Of a DNA stretch of 64,000 nt, positions 12,988 through 26,325 are shown piece by piece. The notes under the pieces were generated by a model that saw only the letters and a program-made list of their open reading frames with translations, was not told the DNA's origin and did no database searches. The translations under genes and the position numbers were made by a program. Within the stretch, counting starts at the first letter, position 1; each line of letters begins with the position of its first letter. Source of the stretch: Scyliorhinus canicula (lineage: Eukaryota). The stretch is from the NCBI RefSeq assembly GCF_902713615.1, contig NC_052151.1, positions 182,879,242 through 182,943,241 on the forward strand. Direction: 5' to 3'.

Positions 12988-13848
12988 TGCAGGCAGTGGT
13001 TCTCAGAGCCTTGTGGCATAAAGCAAGTCAACAGAGTCAACTTGGAAGCTGTGGGAAGGTGTTTAGATCTGCTAGCAACGTAACAAGGAGCAGAGTCATC
13101 AGTAAAGGAAAAGGTGGAGGGTCACGTAGCCGAAGAGCAAAGTTAAGAACCCCCGTAGAACTTACCTCAGAGGAATAGCTGAAAAATTAATCAATGTAAA
13201 TTCCAGAGAGCTGTGACATACCTTTTGTGTTGGTCCCAGAATAGTGAATGAACCTTCCAAGAATTTCTAAAATAAGGGAACTTTTGTGGGGAAGTAAAAA
13301 GTAGAACTGAGAGCATAGCATACATATTTATATGCTATGTTAAGAGTGCTCAACTATTTTTGATATACAATAAAGTTTGCTTTTGTTGTAAAGTGCAAAA
13401 TTCTTGGTGCATTCTCAATCAGTCAATTAATTACAGGGTGTTCAGATTAGTTTGTCTTTAAATATCAACAGTCACAAGTTTATAACACTTTGAAAATACT
13501 TTAAGAATAATGGCCTGTAAGAGTCAAGGTCACTGATTTTGTACAGATTTTGGGTGGGAATGAGTATGACATTACACCAGCCATTCTACCTCAGAGACGT
13601 TGGAACTACTAGTGTGGGAAATAAAACAAAAAAGAGACCACAGCAGGGGTAGCACTGATCAGGTAGGGCTAATAGGGAGGGAGTCTCACTTAGCACTTGC
13701 TCCAAACCCTTCCTAACAGCAGATGGCTCAAGTGGGAAAGTTTAAGAAGGCCCAACTTGAAGCATGTAAAATTTCAACAAAATACAAACCCAGAAGACAA
13801 AGACCAACAAGCACCGCAAAGATTCTCAGATACATGAACTGGGCTTAC

Positions 13849-13942
13849 CTCAGGCCTGAGAGATGGAAGAATGACTATCTCCTGCAAAGCCTGTTTTGCC
13901 AGCTCCTGCCCAGCAATATCTTCGAAACGGACCGACTGTGCA
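13849..13942 (-). CDS. SPAST: Spastin exon 7
   Basis: 94 nt, (S)[31 protein letters not shown]; |gtaagc donor. Confidence 0.97.
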
Positions 13943-14621
13943 CTGTTTAAAAATAAACATTATGTTTTCCATCAATTCAGCTAGTCTCAGCTGGGGCCTT
14001 GCTGACACTTTTTTTTGCAATTATTGTTTGATGCAGTCAGACTGTACCTATGCCTCTGAAATACAGGCCCAAACCTCCCCCTTCACCCCCTTAGTCCCAA
14101 TATACCCACTAGAATATTATCTCACACTATTAGGAAACAGATGATTTAATTTATGTAAACCAAGCACACAAAGCACATGTTGCAAGATTTCATAGTAAAA
14201 CAAATCATCTAAATTTTTCCTCTATTTGCCACATTGCTTAATGAGATAGTACATGTACTCTGCTGGTCACTCACAAAGCTCACACTGGTGACCATCGATA
14301 CGAACAGGCTATAAGTAAAATTAGGGCTAAAACCTGCAGGGTTCCCAGCGGTTGAAGGGGCTAATACACCAGAGGGCACAACACAGCGAGACAAACAAGC
14401 AAAATCCCATGATCAATGACTAATTCTAAAATCTTGGTGGGGTGGGTGGGGGGGCGCGCAAGAGAGAAGAGGTAAACAATAAATAGGGTTTCATCTCCTG
14501 ATCACAAATTTTATGACCGCTCTAATACAGCACAAATTTTATGACCTCTCTCATACAGCACAAGTGAACAGTTACTTGGGTAAAGACAGGGAGGAAATGC
14601 GTTCTTGATAGAAGGGAAGGA

Positions 14622-14848
14622 GGGCAGCATGGAGGCGCAGTGGTTAGCACTGCTGCATCTCGGCGTCGAGGTCCCAGGTTCGATCCCGGCTCTGGGTCAC
14701 TGTCCGTGTGGAGTTTGCACATTCTCCCCGTGTTTGCGTGGGTTTCGCCCCCACAACCCAAAGATATGCAGGGTAGGTGGATTGGCCACGCTAAATTGCC
14801 CTTTCGTTGGAAAAAATGAATTGGGTACTCTAAATTTATTTATTTAAA
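14622..14848 (+). mobile_element. V-type SINE, A-tailed variant
   Basis: GGGCAGCATGG head, B-box GGTTCGATCCC, V-domain. Approximate 15-bp TSD TGATAGAAGRGWAGG. Confidence 0.9.
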
Positions 14849-15079
14849 ATGATAGAAGAGTAGGGATTTAATACAGGTAAATTCATCCGCAAAGTTCAGA
14901 GCAACTGCAGGTACCAGTTTGAGGGAAAAATCCCATGAACACAGGTTTGTAGTTGAATCGTAGCCCAGTTATCCTGGAAAGCAGCTTGGAGACCATTTTG
15001 TAGAACTTGTAAAAATATTTTCAACAGGTGTTTTTCAAATCACTCAAGTTAAACTGGTGCAAACAGTGAACGGATTATT

Positions 15080-15220
15080 TTGAGGAGATTTGGACACAAG
15101 TCATCCAGACTTGAAACGATAGCTCCGTCCTCTCTCTACAATTGCTGTCAGATCCGCTGATACTGTCCTGAATTTCTGCTTTTGTTTCAGATTCCAGCTT
15201 CCACAGTAATTTGCTTTTAT
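15080..15220 (+). mobile_element. Penelope-like terminal fragment with decayed hammerhead motif
   Basis: AAGTC-ATCCA-GACTT-GAAACG stem/GAAA arrangement, followed by TTTGTTTCAGATTCCAGC. That tail resembles the reverse complement of ~62190-62240. Confidence 0.5.
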
Positions 15221-15289
15221 TTTGGGGAGTAATGCTTTTGAAAAACCGTGACTGAACTAGTAACCCGGAGTGTGAATCAATTCCCACTA

Positions 15290-15545
15290 ATCTGTGAAAG
15301 GGCAATAAACCTTGCCTGCGACAGATCCATCCTGGGAGATCATGCTATAAATACCCGGTATCATCAACAGCAAAGAAAAGCCACTGCTCTTCTTTGAGTA
15401 GTACCGTAGCATCTTTCTAACTACTTCAGAGGTTAAATAGGGCCTCAGTTTAACTTATCCGAAAGATGGCATCTCTGCCAGTGCTGCACTCCCTCAGCAC
15501 TGCACTGAGGTGCCAGTCTGGATGATGTGACTAAGTCTCTGGAGT
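15290..15545 (-). mobile_element. DeuSINE relic containing the Deu-domain
   Basis: GGCCTCAGTTTAAC..ATCCGAAAGATGGCATCTCTGCCAGTGCTGCACTCCCTCAG is the reverse complement of the Deu core as recalled. Confidence 0.65.
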
Positions 15546-15711
15546 GATGCACGGTACAAAATACCAGGCATGGCCAAAGCTTCACCTTTCATTGGTTGTA
15601 GGAGTAAGAGAAGGAGCTGGATACTTCTCAAAGTTTAGAATGCAAATGGACTTTTTATTTTCTGCCCTCATGTACAATGAAGCTCAAATTGATGCCATAT
15701 GACACAGTTAC

Positions 15712-15851
15712 CTGTCCACTACTTCATTCAGGATGAGGTTTGCCAGCTTACTATCGACATTTCGAAAATTTTTCAAATCCTTCTTCTTCCGGGGAGTTGC
15801 AACAGGAGTGGTAGGTTTGTTTGGTCTGGTAGTGCTTTTTGTACCCGTGGC
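15712..15851 (-). CDS. SPAST: Spastin exon 6 (microtubule-binding region)
   Basis: 140 nt, [46 protein letters not shown]; tttttgcag| acceptor and |gtaac donor. Confidence 0.96.
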
Positions 15852-16198
15852 CTGCAAAAAGGGAAATCTTTCAGCACGTCAAATAAATTGTCAAAGCAAC
15901 ACAGTTGTGAAACTCTCAAAACTGAAGGCTTCCAATTGCAAATCCCTCCATGGCCAGGCCCCCAACCCCCTGAAGATACGGGGTGGACCATTTAGGACAG
16001 AGATCAAGAGAAATTTCTTCACCCAGAGAGTGGTCAGCCTGTGGAATTTTCTACTGCAGAAAGCTGTTGAGGCCAAAACATTGTATGTTTTCAAGAAGGA
16101 GCTGGATAGAGCTCTTGGGGCCAGAAGGATCAATGGAATTGGGGAGGGGGGGAAGAGAGGCTGAGGGATTCAGCCCATCGAGTCTGCACCAGCCCTTG

Positions 16199-17705
16199 GA
16201 CATCAGGCGTCTGCTGAACGTGTTAATGACCAATCTGGAGGGAGAACACAAGAGGTGATCGTCTCCCTGGATGCAGAAAAGGCCTTTGACACAGTAGAGT
16301 GGAAAAACCTCATGGAGGTATTAGCGCGATTTGGACTAGGGACAGGGTTCACCTCATGGGTGAAACTCCTATACAACACCCCACAGCGAGCTTATGGACC
16401 AATGCCACCAGCTCTGAAAACTTCCAGCTACACAGATGCACAAGGCAGGGATGCCCACTGTTCCCGCTCGTGTGTGCGTGTGTGTGCGTGTGTGTACGCG
16501 AGAGCGCACAGAGTGTAACTCTATGCAGATGACCTGCTCCTCTACATCTCAGACCAGCAGAGCAGCATGAAGGAAAAAATGGAAGTTCCCAGGAGAGTTC
16601 AGAGCCTTCTCAGGCTACACACTCAACCTGGGCAAAAGCGAAGTTCTCCCGGTGAACTTGAGAGGGAGAGGGGCAGAGCTGGAGGGCCTACCATTTAAAA
16701 TAGCCCAAAGCAAATTCCACTACCTGGGGATCCAGATTGCTTACCACTGGACACAGGTCCACAAGTGGAACATGACCAGTCTGCCAGAGGAAGTCAAAAA
16801 GGATCTACAGAAATGGGATGTACTCCCGCTTTCCCTGGCAGAGAGGCTGCAGACGATCAAAATGAACGCACTGCCCAGGTTCCTCTACCTGTTCAGATCC
16901 CTACTGATCTACATCCCCAAGGTCTTTTTCCATTCAATAAATAGGATTATGGCGTTTGTGTGAGAGAGTCCCAAAATCCCCAAAACGTTACTACAAAGGA
17001 GAACATGGGGGCCCTGGCCCTCCTGAGCTAACAATACTACCATTGAGCAGCCACAGCGGAAAGAGGGAGGGGATGGGTAAAGGACCCAAACACGGAATGG
17101 GTGCAGATGGGGGAGTCCTCTCCAGGCCTTCACCACGGCAACACTCCCATCCCTGCCAGCAAAACACTCCACAAGCCCAGTGGTGGTAGCGGACCTCAGA
17201 ACTTGGAACCAGGTGAGGCAAGATGTCGGGCTGACCAATATATCCATCCCTGCCCCTATCTGTAGCAACCATAGGTTTGCACCACCTTCAAGAGGTGGAG
17301 ACAGTCCCAGGGCACACTGACGGTTAAGGGCCTTTTGCATGGATGATAGACTAGCGACCTTGGAGGAGCTGTTGGAGGGACTGCACCTACCAAAGGGAAA
17401 CAAACTACGACATCAAAAACTCTCTGCAAGGAAACGACCATTAACCCCAAAATGCACAATGCTGGAAGAGTTACTGGATGCAGAGAGTCTGGACGAAACT
17501 TGAACGGACGACCTTCAGAAAGGACACTCCCCACTGGACGAAACTCGGGAAAAATGGGAGGAGGATCTAGGGACAGAAATAGGGTGGGGACTCTCGAGAG
17601 AAGCACTGTGTTGGTCACAACGGAAATTCATATGTACAGAGTAACGGCACAGTTACCCTGTGTAGTGTACAACATGCAAAAATGTCAATAGAAAATATTT
17701 CAAAA
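16199..17705 (+). mobile_element. L1-clade LINE ORF2 fragment with an internal (GT)n microsatellite
   Basis: [28 protein letters not shown] at 16521, KMNALPRFLYLF. (GT)n at ~16470-16496. Confidence 0.85.
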
Positions 17706-18182
17706 TAACAAAAAGGGGGGTGGCGATTGGTAATGTTGGGCTTTTGCAGATTTCGATTTGGTCTCCACAGATTTGTTTATTTTATATTGTATAAAATGAA
17801 AACTTTAATAAAACATTTAAAAAAAAGAATTAGTTGTAGTTGACATGTCTCCTTGCTGCGGAGAAGGTGCTCCAGCACGTTTTAGTGATTTTTTTTTAAA
17901 GACTAATGAGATCTTCCATTATATAGCCCTTCTTACGTTCTATTGGCACTATTGGAAGAGCAGAGTGCTAACCTGATTCTCTAATATAAAAAAAAACCTC
18001 CTCGTTCTGTATTCAAACTGGCTGTTTTGTTTGCATACAGAATATATAGAACAGTACAGCACAGAACAGGCCCTTCGGCCCTCGATGTTGTGCCGAGCAA
18101 TGATCACCCTACTCAAACCCACGTTTCCACCCTATACCCGTAACTCAACACCCCCCTTTCTAACAGTGGGGCTAGAAAGAGG

Positions 18183-18500
18183 AGGGTGGCATGGTAGCAC
18201 AATGGTTAGCACTGTTGCCTCACAGCATCAGGATCGATTCCCGGCTTGGGTCACTGTGCGGAGTCAGCATGTTGTCCCTGTGTCTGCGTGGGTTTCCTCC
18301 GTGTGCTCCAGTTTCCTCCCACAGTCTAAAGATGTGCAGGTTAGGTGGATTGGCCATGATAAATTGCCCTCAAGTGTCCAAAAAAAGTTAGCTAGGGTTA
18401 CTGGGATAGGGTGGAGGTGTGGGCTTAAGTGCGGTGCTCTTTCTAGGGGGCGGTGCAGATTCGATGGGCTGACTGGCCTCCTGCACTGTAAATTCTATGA
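18183..18500 (+). mobile_element. HE1-like V-SINE with CR1-type tail
   Basis: tRNA head, V-domain, tail ...GATGGGC...GGCCTCCTGCACTGTAAATTCTATGA. Similar copies at 21120-21420(-), 31262-31610(+), 49240-49528(-), 59770-60105(-) and 60778-61100(+). Confidence 0.88.
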
Positions 18501-20137
18501 AAACAGTGACTAGATTCAAAAGTAAGGCACTTGGATGTCCTGAGGTTGTGGATGACACTTGGGAATTGCAAGCTTTTTGTTTCTCTCTTCTATCCCAAAC
18601 TGTGATAGACGCGAAATCTATCATTTAAAAGTAAAGAATTCTCCAAAAAGTAAACCTTTCTCCAGAATTCTTGCCGAACAGCTGGAAAAAGCACTGGAAC
18701 ACAAAAATAATTTAGAAAGACAACAAGGGAAAGTTAACTGCATTTCTTTAAAGTGCAAGTTATTCCATGCGAGCAACGGAAGCAGTTTTTGCTTCTGTAG
18801 GTCACAACATATGACTGCTGGAAATTCCCCAGAAAGCAGCAGTAAGATTCCAGCCTGTGTCTCAATCACAGGTCCTAGAGGATATGTCACAAGGTGCCTG
18901 AGTTTTTCTTTCACAGTTCATGAGGGCACCCGAAGCCTAATTTACAGAGTGAGCCGCATCTATTCGGTTTTGTTTAAAATGGAGCAAATCAAAAATACAA
19001 ATGGAATTCAGGTCAGCAAGGACAAGACTGAAATTGGCACAAAGCTTGACCAGCTAGATATATGCTTTAGCAAGGAAAGATTTGCAGGGGTATAAGTAAA
19101 GAACAGAGGAGTGACAATATTGGACGGCTCTCGCAAAGAGCCAACACATGTAGGACGGGCTGAATAACTCTTCCTGGGCTCCAAGTCTCTTTGAGCTCAC
19201 ATAATTAAACTGAAGCAATCACCTAGTTAAATACACAGTTTAACTGAATGGTCCAATTCCTTTAACACCCAATAGCAGTCAAATATCAAGGCAGGCTACT
19301 AATTTGAAGACAACAGAATCGTCAAACTGAAGCAAAGTCAATGTCGTCGATGGCAGGAACATCAAAATGTCAAGTCAAAATTTTGAAGTGCTACTGATCG
19401 AGTGAATTAAAAATTGAAAGTCAACTTATAAAGGCTTGATGGTTTATAAAACATTAACACTACACAGTGGATTGACCAGCCAGGTTTGACTTGCTCACTC
19501 AGTGTAAATATAGCCAAATCAAGTTGCTGAGAAATGTGCTCAATTTGGCAACAGCCGAGGCTCGAGTACCTCGGGGGATGTATCCACCTGCACACCGAGT
19601 TTAACCAACTGAGCATCTGGGCAGACTCCACCTCGTACTGTCTACTTCTCAGTGTCCTCCTGCTATCCACTACCATAATCTCTCCCAGTTTATAGCCCGT
19701 CTCCTTCCAGACATGCCATGTACCCACCCACTAGCCAGTCTTCTACTTTTGTCCACTTTACTCAATTATGTCCACTGATTCCACCTCTTTTGTCAGAAGT
19801 CTTCGTACTGTCATCAAATGGTTTTAGTTCAAACTTACTGTTGCACCGTCTGCAACTCACAAGGCTATATGTTTGGTCTAACCTGGCACTCTGCTTCTTT
19901 TCATAACTAAACTATGAGGCTCATCTGTAGAGTACGAATGCAGCCAAGGTAACCTGACAGATGCAGAATTACAAAGCTCCCCAGAGCCAAGCAGAAAATA
20001 ATTCTAGTCCTGGGAACTCTATTATCCTCCAAGATCTCATTAATGAATCAGGCTGGCTGGTCGGTAAACAGTATGGAGATTATAGATGCGCATGACCAGG
20101 ACAAAGACCAGGCAAGAACAATGCTCTATTTTGTTAC

Positions 20138-20325
20138 CTTGGCAGCTGAGGTACTGGGCTGAGGTGTTCGTGAAGTCCCAGCACCATTGGAGATTCCACT
20201 GTGGCTCTGAGCCCTCTGATGACCCCGCTGTCCTGGGGAAGTGATTTTTGCTGTGTACTTGGAACGAGGGAGGGAATTGCTTGTGTGCGTCAAAGGATCC
20301 TTTTTCTTTGGGACAGCTCCACTTC
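20138..20325 (-). CDS. SPAST: Spastin exon 5
   Basis: 188 nt, [23 protein letters not shown]...HQRAQSHSG...AAK; tag| acceptor and |gtaac donor. Confidence 0.96.
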
Positions 20326-20569
20326 CTAGAGTCAAATAAAGAGAATTGGAGTCAGAACAAGAGACCATCACAACCAATGAAATACTAAAGAGTCATTTTT
20401 TGTTGCACAAAACTGTTGGGAATGTTACAGTACGATGAACTGATACTAATTTTTAGATTCGATAATGCAAATCATTTTTTCAGGGGTATTTTTAAAATAC
20501 TGGAAAATGTTGCAGTACAATTGTATGGCAGCAGATGGCGATGTTGGATTCTCTTGCTTCTTAGGAGAT

Positions 20570-20660
20570 CACAGTAAGAAGTCTTACAACACCAGGTTAA
20601 AGTCCAACAGGTTTGTTTCAAACACTAGCTTTCGGAGCACTGCTCCTGCCTCAGGTGAAT
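20570..20660 (-). mobile_element. Penelope-like terminal fragment with minimal hammerhead motif
   Basis: Near-identical reverse complement of 63915-64000. Minus strand reads ATTCAC CTGAGGC A GGAGC AGT GCTCC GAAA GCTA GTG. Confidence 0.7.
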
Positions 20661-22664
20661 ACACAAATTCAAAGATGCAATTAGGAGATGAAAATGCAGC
20701 ATTCATTCCTACAAACTGCAGATTTGCACTTGACTCTTTAAAGAAGCCGAGGCAGTCAAATACACCAATTTGCAAAAAAATTAATAAGTATTTATAAATC
20801 TGACTGCACACACAAACCTGAGGAGCACCACCAACCAAATGAGTAGCTAAGCAACTCTACCCTCCGGTCAAATAAAGCTTTCCAAAAGTAGTCAAATTTA
20901 AATTGCAATGTTTGGTAAATGAGCACTCCACGCAGTTAACAATTATTTGGATCTCTACATTGTACCTACAGTATATCAACCATCTGGATGGCAGTAATGA
21001 GAAACCACATTACACCCAATCATTTGACTAAACCGCTGCTCAATTATTCTGCTGCGCGAGGTCACAGCAACAGAAATAGGCCATTCAGCCCTTGAGCCTG
21101 TTTCAAAAATCAAGTAGATAGAATGCAGGAGGCCATTCAGCCCATCAAGTCTGCACCAGCCCTAGGAAAGAGGACCCTACTTAAGCCCACCCTATCCCCG
21201 TAACCCCACCTAATCATTTGGGCACGAAGGGGCGATTTATCATGGCCAATCCACCTAACCTACACATCTTTTGCCTATGGGAGGAAACAGGAGCACCCAG
21301 AGTAAACACACGCAGACACGGGCAGAAAATGCAAACTCCACACCCACACAACTACCTGAGGCCGGAATTGAACCCGGGTTCCTGGCACTGTGAGGCAGCA
21401 GTGCTAAACACTGTTACCCATAATCATGGCTGATCTGCACCCTCTTATATTAGGTTCATGCCTGTGTTCAGTGAGCATCTGGAGAGCTCTGCAAAAACTT
21501 GGCCGTAACCCTGATTAATATGACAGTGGGGAAATAAGCAAAATATTTCCATTTTAGGGACTTCCGGTGGCGGCCATGGAGTAGGAGGTCCGCCTGTGAC
21601 GGACTTTTGGACCTTTTCCCCTCCCCCCAGTTTTTTCCGGATTTTATTGGATGAATTGGTGGAGAGCGAGACGGTCAGGAGAAATACCCCTCCGGTGTCT
21701 AGAGAATTGGACCAGAAGTGACCGTGTGTGAAGACAAAGTACTATAAGGAAGACGCAAGCAGAGCGGCAATGCAGGAAAGCATGGTGGAGAGTCAGGGCC
21801 GTGGGGAGGTGGCACAGTGGTCGACGGAGCAGCTGGTGAAGTGTTTTTGAAGATTGCTTTGCCAAGCTTAAGAAGGGCATGCTGGACCCGATTTAAGGTT
21901 TCGATTGATCAGGTGGTGCAGAATCAAGAGACCCACGGGAGAGCGATCCAGGAGGGGGAGAAATAGGTGTCTGAGCACGAGGAATACATAACCGTGCTGG
22001 AGACCAAGGTGGGGATGATGAATGACCGCCACAAAAGAATGCAGGAGAAGTTGGAGGACTGGGAGAACAGGTCCAGGAGGCAGAACCTGAGAATCGTCAG
22101 CCTCCCTGAAGGCAGTGAGGATCGGATGCGAGGGCCGATGTGACGATCATGCTGGAGAAGTTGATGGGGGCTGAGACGTTCCCATCGGCCCCCGGAAGTG
22201 GATAGAACGCACTGAGCCCTTGTGAAGAAGCCCCGAACGAACGAGGCACCGAGGGCGATGGTGGTACGTTTACACCAATTCCTGGACAAGGAACACGTTC
22301 TGCGGTGGGCTAAGAAAGAATGGAGCAGCAGGTGGGAGAACCGTGAGCTACGTATTTATCAGGACCTGAGCGTGGATTTGGCCAAGAGGCGAGCTGGGTT
22401 TAATCGGGCACAAACGGCCCTGTTTAAGAAGGGGGTGAAGTTTGGGATGTTGTACCCAGTCCCTCTGTGGGTCACACATGAGGAACGGGACTTTTACTTT
22501 GAAACACCAGATGATGGATGGACTTTCATCAAGGAAAAAAATCTGGAGGTGAACTAAAAGACAAAGCCTTGGACAGTACTGTAGTGGCGATTTGCTGTAA
22601 ATCACTTTTGTGCTGGAATAAGTAGTGTTACGTGCAATAAGTGACTGTTTTAATAGCTAAAGTT

Positions 22665-22888
22665 TTTTTTTTATAAATTTAGATTACCCAATTATTTTTT
22701 CTATTAAGGGGCAATTTAGTGTAGCCAATCCACCTACTCTGCACATTTTTGGGTTGTGGGGGCGAAACCCACGCAGACACGGGGAGAATGTGCAAACTCA
22801 ACACAGACAGTGACCCAGAGCCGGGATCGAACCTGGGACCTCAGCGCCGTGAGGCGGTTGTGCTAACCACTAGGCCACCGTGCTGCCC
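22665..22888 (-). mobile_element. A-tailed V-SINE inserted in the L1 inter-ORF region
   Basis: Perfect 16-bp TSD TTTAATAGCTAAAGTT at 22649-22664 and 22889-22904. Confidence 0.92.
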
Positions 22889-25800
22889 TTTAATAGCTAA
22901 AGTTAACTTTGTCCTACTGGGACAAAGTTAGAGTTTCTGGGTTTGTTTTTGTTCTGTGGCTTTTTTTTCACTTTTTCAGATGTTTGTGTTCTAGGGAATG
23001 TGATGCTTTCAATATGTTTATCCAAGTGAGGGGGAGAGGGGAGAACACAATGGGGAGACAGACTGCTTGGTGCCATGGGTAGGAGCTATCAAGTCAGCTT
23101 GGGTCAGCTGACTCACAGCAGCACAGTGGGGGGTGAGCAGGTGTTAAGCTGGAGCTCGATATGGGGGTTGGGTTAAAAGTGCTGTTACTGGGGGGTGGGG
23201 GGCTGCTTTGCTGACCGGGGAGGAACTGTTACTAGGGGACAAATGTGAGGTCGAGGACGGCGAATGCCTGAGGGGGGGGCTCGAGGAGGCCGGGTGCGCG
23301 AGTTGGAGGCTGGCCTAAAAAGGGTGATGGCTAGTCGGCTACAGGAGACACACCGAGAGGTTATAGACCAGATTAGATTGAGAAAGGAGTGGGTTGGCCA
23401 AGTATTACACTCAGGGCTGGACTCGAAGACCACAGGGGTTAGCGATCTTGATCAACAAACGAGTGGCATTCGAGGCAGGGAGAATCGTGTCAGACATGGG
23501 GGGGGGGCAGGTAGCTGGAGGGGGTGCGGGTGGTACTCATGAACATAGATGCTCCGAATTGAGACGATGTGGAATTTGGTAAGATCCCAGACTTAAGATT
23601 CATATAACTTGATTATGAGAGGATATTTTAATATAGTCCTTGATCCGGAATTGGACTGGTCAAAATCCAGGAAAGGAATTGAAGGGGTTTATGGAACAGA
23701 TGGGGAGAGTAGACCCATGGAGGTTTGCACAGCCAAGGGCGAAGGGGTTTTCTTTTTTCTCCCATGTCCACCAGGTATACTCTCGGATCGACTTTTTTTT
23801 CTGAGCAGGGCTCTAATGCCGGGGGTGGTGGATACCGAGTACTCGGCAATCGCAGTGTTGGATCATGCCCCACATTGGGTGGATCTACGGGTTAGTGTGG
23901 AGAGAGGGCAATGCCCGCAGTGGGGACTGGATGTGGGGTTGTTAGCAGACGAAACGATCTGTGGCCATGTGAACAAGTCCATCCAGAACTACCTGGAAAG
24001 GGAGAGTAAAGAGTAGAGGTGGGAATACGGTCCTGGACCCAGTGGGGGTGAATGAGGTGTTTAAGGACTTTTACAGTAAATTATATGAGTCGGAACCCCC
24101 GGCTGGGGTGGAGGGGATGAGGCAGTTTTTGGGTCAGTTGAGGTTTCCGAGGGTGGATGAGGATCTGGTGGAGGGGCTGGGAGCCCCAATTGTAATTGAG
24201 GAAATAATCGAGGGGCTGGAGGGCATGCAGTCAGGCAAGGCCCCGGGGCCGGATGCCTACCTGGTGGAATTCTATATGAAGTTCTCAGAGATATTGAGCC
24301 CACTGCTGGTGAGGACATTTAATGAAGCAAGAGAGAAGGGAGTCCTCCCCCCAACAATGTCGCAGGCATCGATTTCATTGATCCTAACAGGAGAAGGATC
24401 TGGAGCAATGCGGGTCATACAGGCCAATTTCTCTACTGAATGTGGATGCCAAACTGCTGGCTAAGATACTGGTCACAAGGATAGAGGACTGTATCCCGGG
24501 GGTGACAGGGGAAGACCAGACGGAATTTGTAAAGGGCAGGCAACTCAAGGCCAATGTCCAAAGGCTTTTAAATGTTATTATGATGCCTTCAGAAGGAGGG
24601 AAGGCGATGGATGCAGAAAAGGCTTTTGATTGGGTGGAATGGCATTACCTGTGGGAGGCGCTGGGAAGGTTTGGGTTTGGTGAGGGCTTCATTGACTGGG
24701 TGCCGTGGCTCTAGCAGGCACCGGTAGTGAGTGTTCATACGAACAGGCTGAGGTCGTTGAAGTACCAGGTCACGCTCCACGCAAATTACCTGATCTTGTA
24801 TATTTCAGACCCGTTGGAGGGCATGGGAAATTATCTTTGGGGAATTTGGTAATTTTGTCAGGGAATAAATCGAAGATGGGGAAAAGCTAGATGTTCGCGA
24901 TCCGTGCAAGAGGACGTGAGAAGAGACTGGGAGAGCTGCCGTTTAGAATGGTAGGAAAGAGCTTCCGATAACTGGGAATCCAGGTGGCCTGGGAATGGGA
25001 GGCACATTTTAAACCTATCCCGGCTCACAGAACAAATGAAAGAGGACTTTAAGAGATGGGACATGCTTCCACTATCACTGGCAAGGAGGGTAGACTGTGA
25101 AAATGACGGTCCTCCCCAGATTTCTGTTCGTCTTTCAGTGCCTCCCCATCTTCACCCCAAGGCCTTTTTCAAGCCGGTGAATAAGGTTATTTTGGGCTTT
25201 GTGTGGGTGGGTAAAACCCCGCGAGTGAAGGAAGTATTGCTGGAGCGCAGTCGGGGGGAGGGTGGGTTGGGGCTGCCGAAAGTTTGCAGTTACTACTGGG
25301 TTGGCGTTGCCGAACTTTTGCAAGTACTGCTGGGTGGCTAATATAGACATGATTAGGAAGTGGGTAGCGGGGGAGGGATCAGTGTGGGAGCGGATGGAGG
25401 CGGCGTCATGTGAAGACACATGTTTGGGAGCACTGATAACGGCACCTCTTCTGTTCTCGCCGGCCCGGTACTCCACAAGTCCGGTGGTGGTGGCGGCCCT
25501 GAGAATCTGGGGGCAGTGGAGGAGATGTAAGAGAGTGGAGGGAGCATCGGTTTGGACCGCAATTTACAATAATGATCGGATTGTACAGAGTAGGCTGGAT
25601 GGTGGGTTCCGGAGATGGCAAAGGGCAGGAATTAAGAGGATGGGGGATCTATTTTTAGACGGGAGCTTCCCCAGCTTGAAAGCCTTGGAGGATAAATTTG
25701 AATTGCCAGCAGGTTTAGGTATTTGCAGATGCGAGACTTCTGGAGAAAGCAGGTTCCGGCCTTCCCACTGCCTCCGCCATGTGGGATACAGGATAGAGTA

Positions 25801-26287
25801 GTCTCCGGTACCTGGGTGGGAGAGGGGAAGGTAGCAGGAACTTTTGGAGGGGGAGGAAACTCCGGCGGAGGAGCTCAAGGGCAAGTGGTAGGACGAGCTA
25901 GGAGAAGAAATAGAGGCGGATGCCCTAAGCAGGGTTAATACATCCTCATCATGTGCCAGGCGTAGCCTGATACAATTCAAGGTAGTCCACCAGGCAAGGA
26001 TGGTGGCCCGGATGAGCAAGTTTTTTTGGGTAGAGGACAGGTGTGTGAGATGCGCAGGAAGCCTAGCATGTCCACATGTTTTGGGCATGTCCGAAGCTCA
26101 GAGGGTTTTGGCAGGATTTCACTAAGGCAGTGTCCACGGTACTAAAAACACGGATGGTGCTGAGTCCAGAGGTAGTGATCTTTGGAGTGTCAGAAGACCC
26201 AGGAGTTCAGGGGGTGAAAGAAGCCGACGTCTTGGCCTTTGCCTCCCTGGTAGCCCGGAGACGGACCTTTTAATGTGGAGGGACGCG

Positions 26288-26289
<2 letters not shown>

Positions 26290-26324
<35 letters not shown>
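26290..26324 (+). repeat. Poly(C)35 homopolymer
   Basis: Counted directly; lies within the end of L1 ORF2. Confidence 0.9.

Positions 26325-26325
<1 letters not shown>

Noticed and set aside
14622-14700. tRNA-like A/B boxes as tRNA genes
   Set aside because: They are SINE heads joined to V-domains and tails; no cloverleaf gene is supported.
18559-19095. 178-aa plus-strand ORF
   Set aside because: No recognisable homology, and antisense within an intron.
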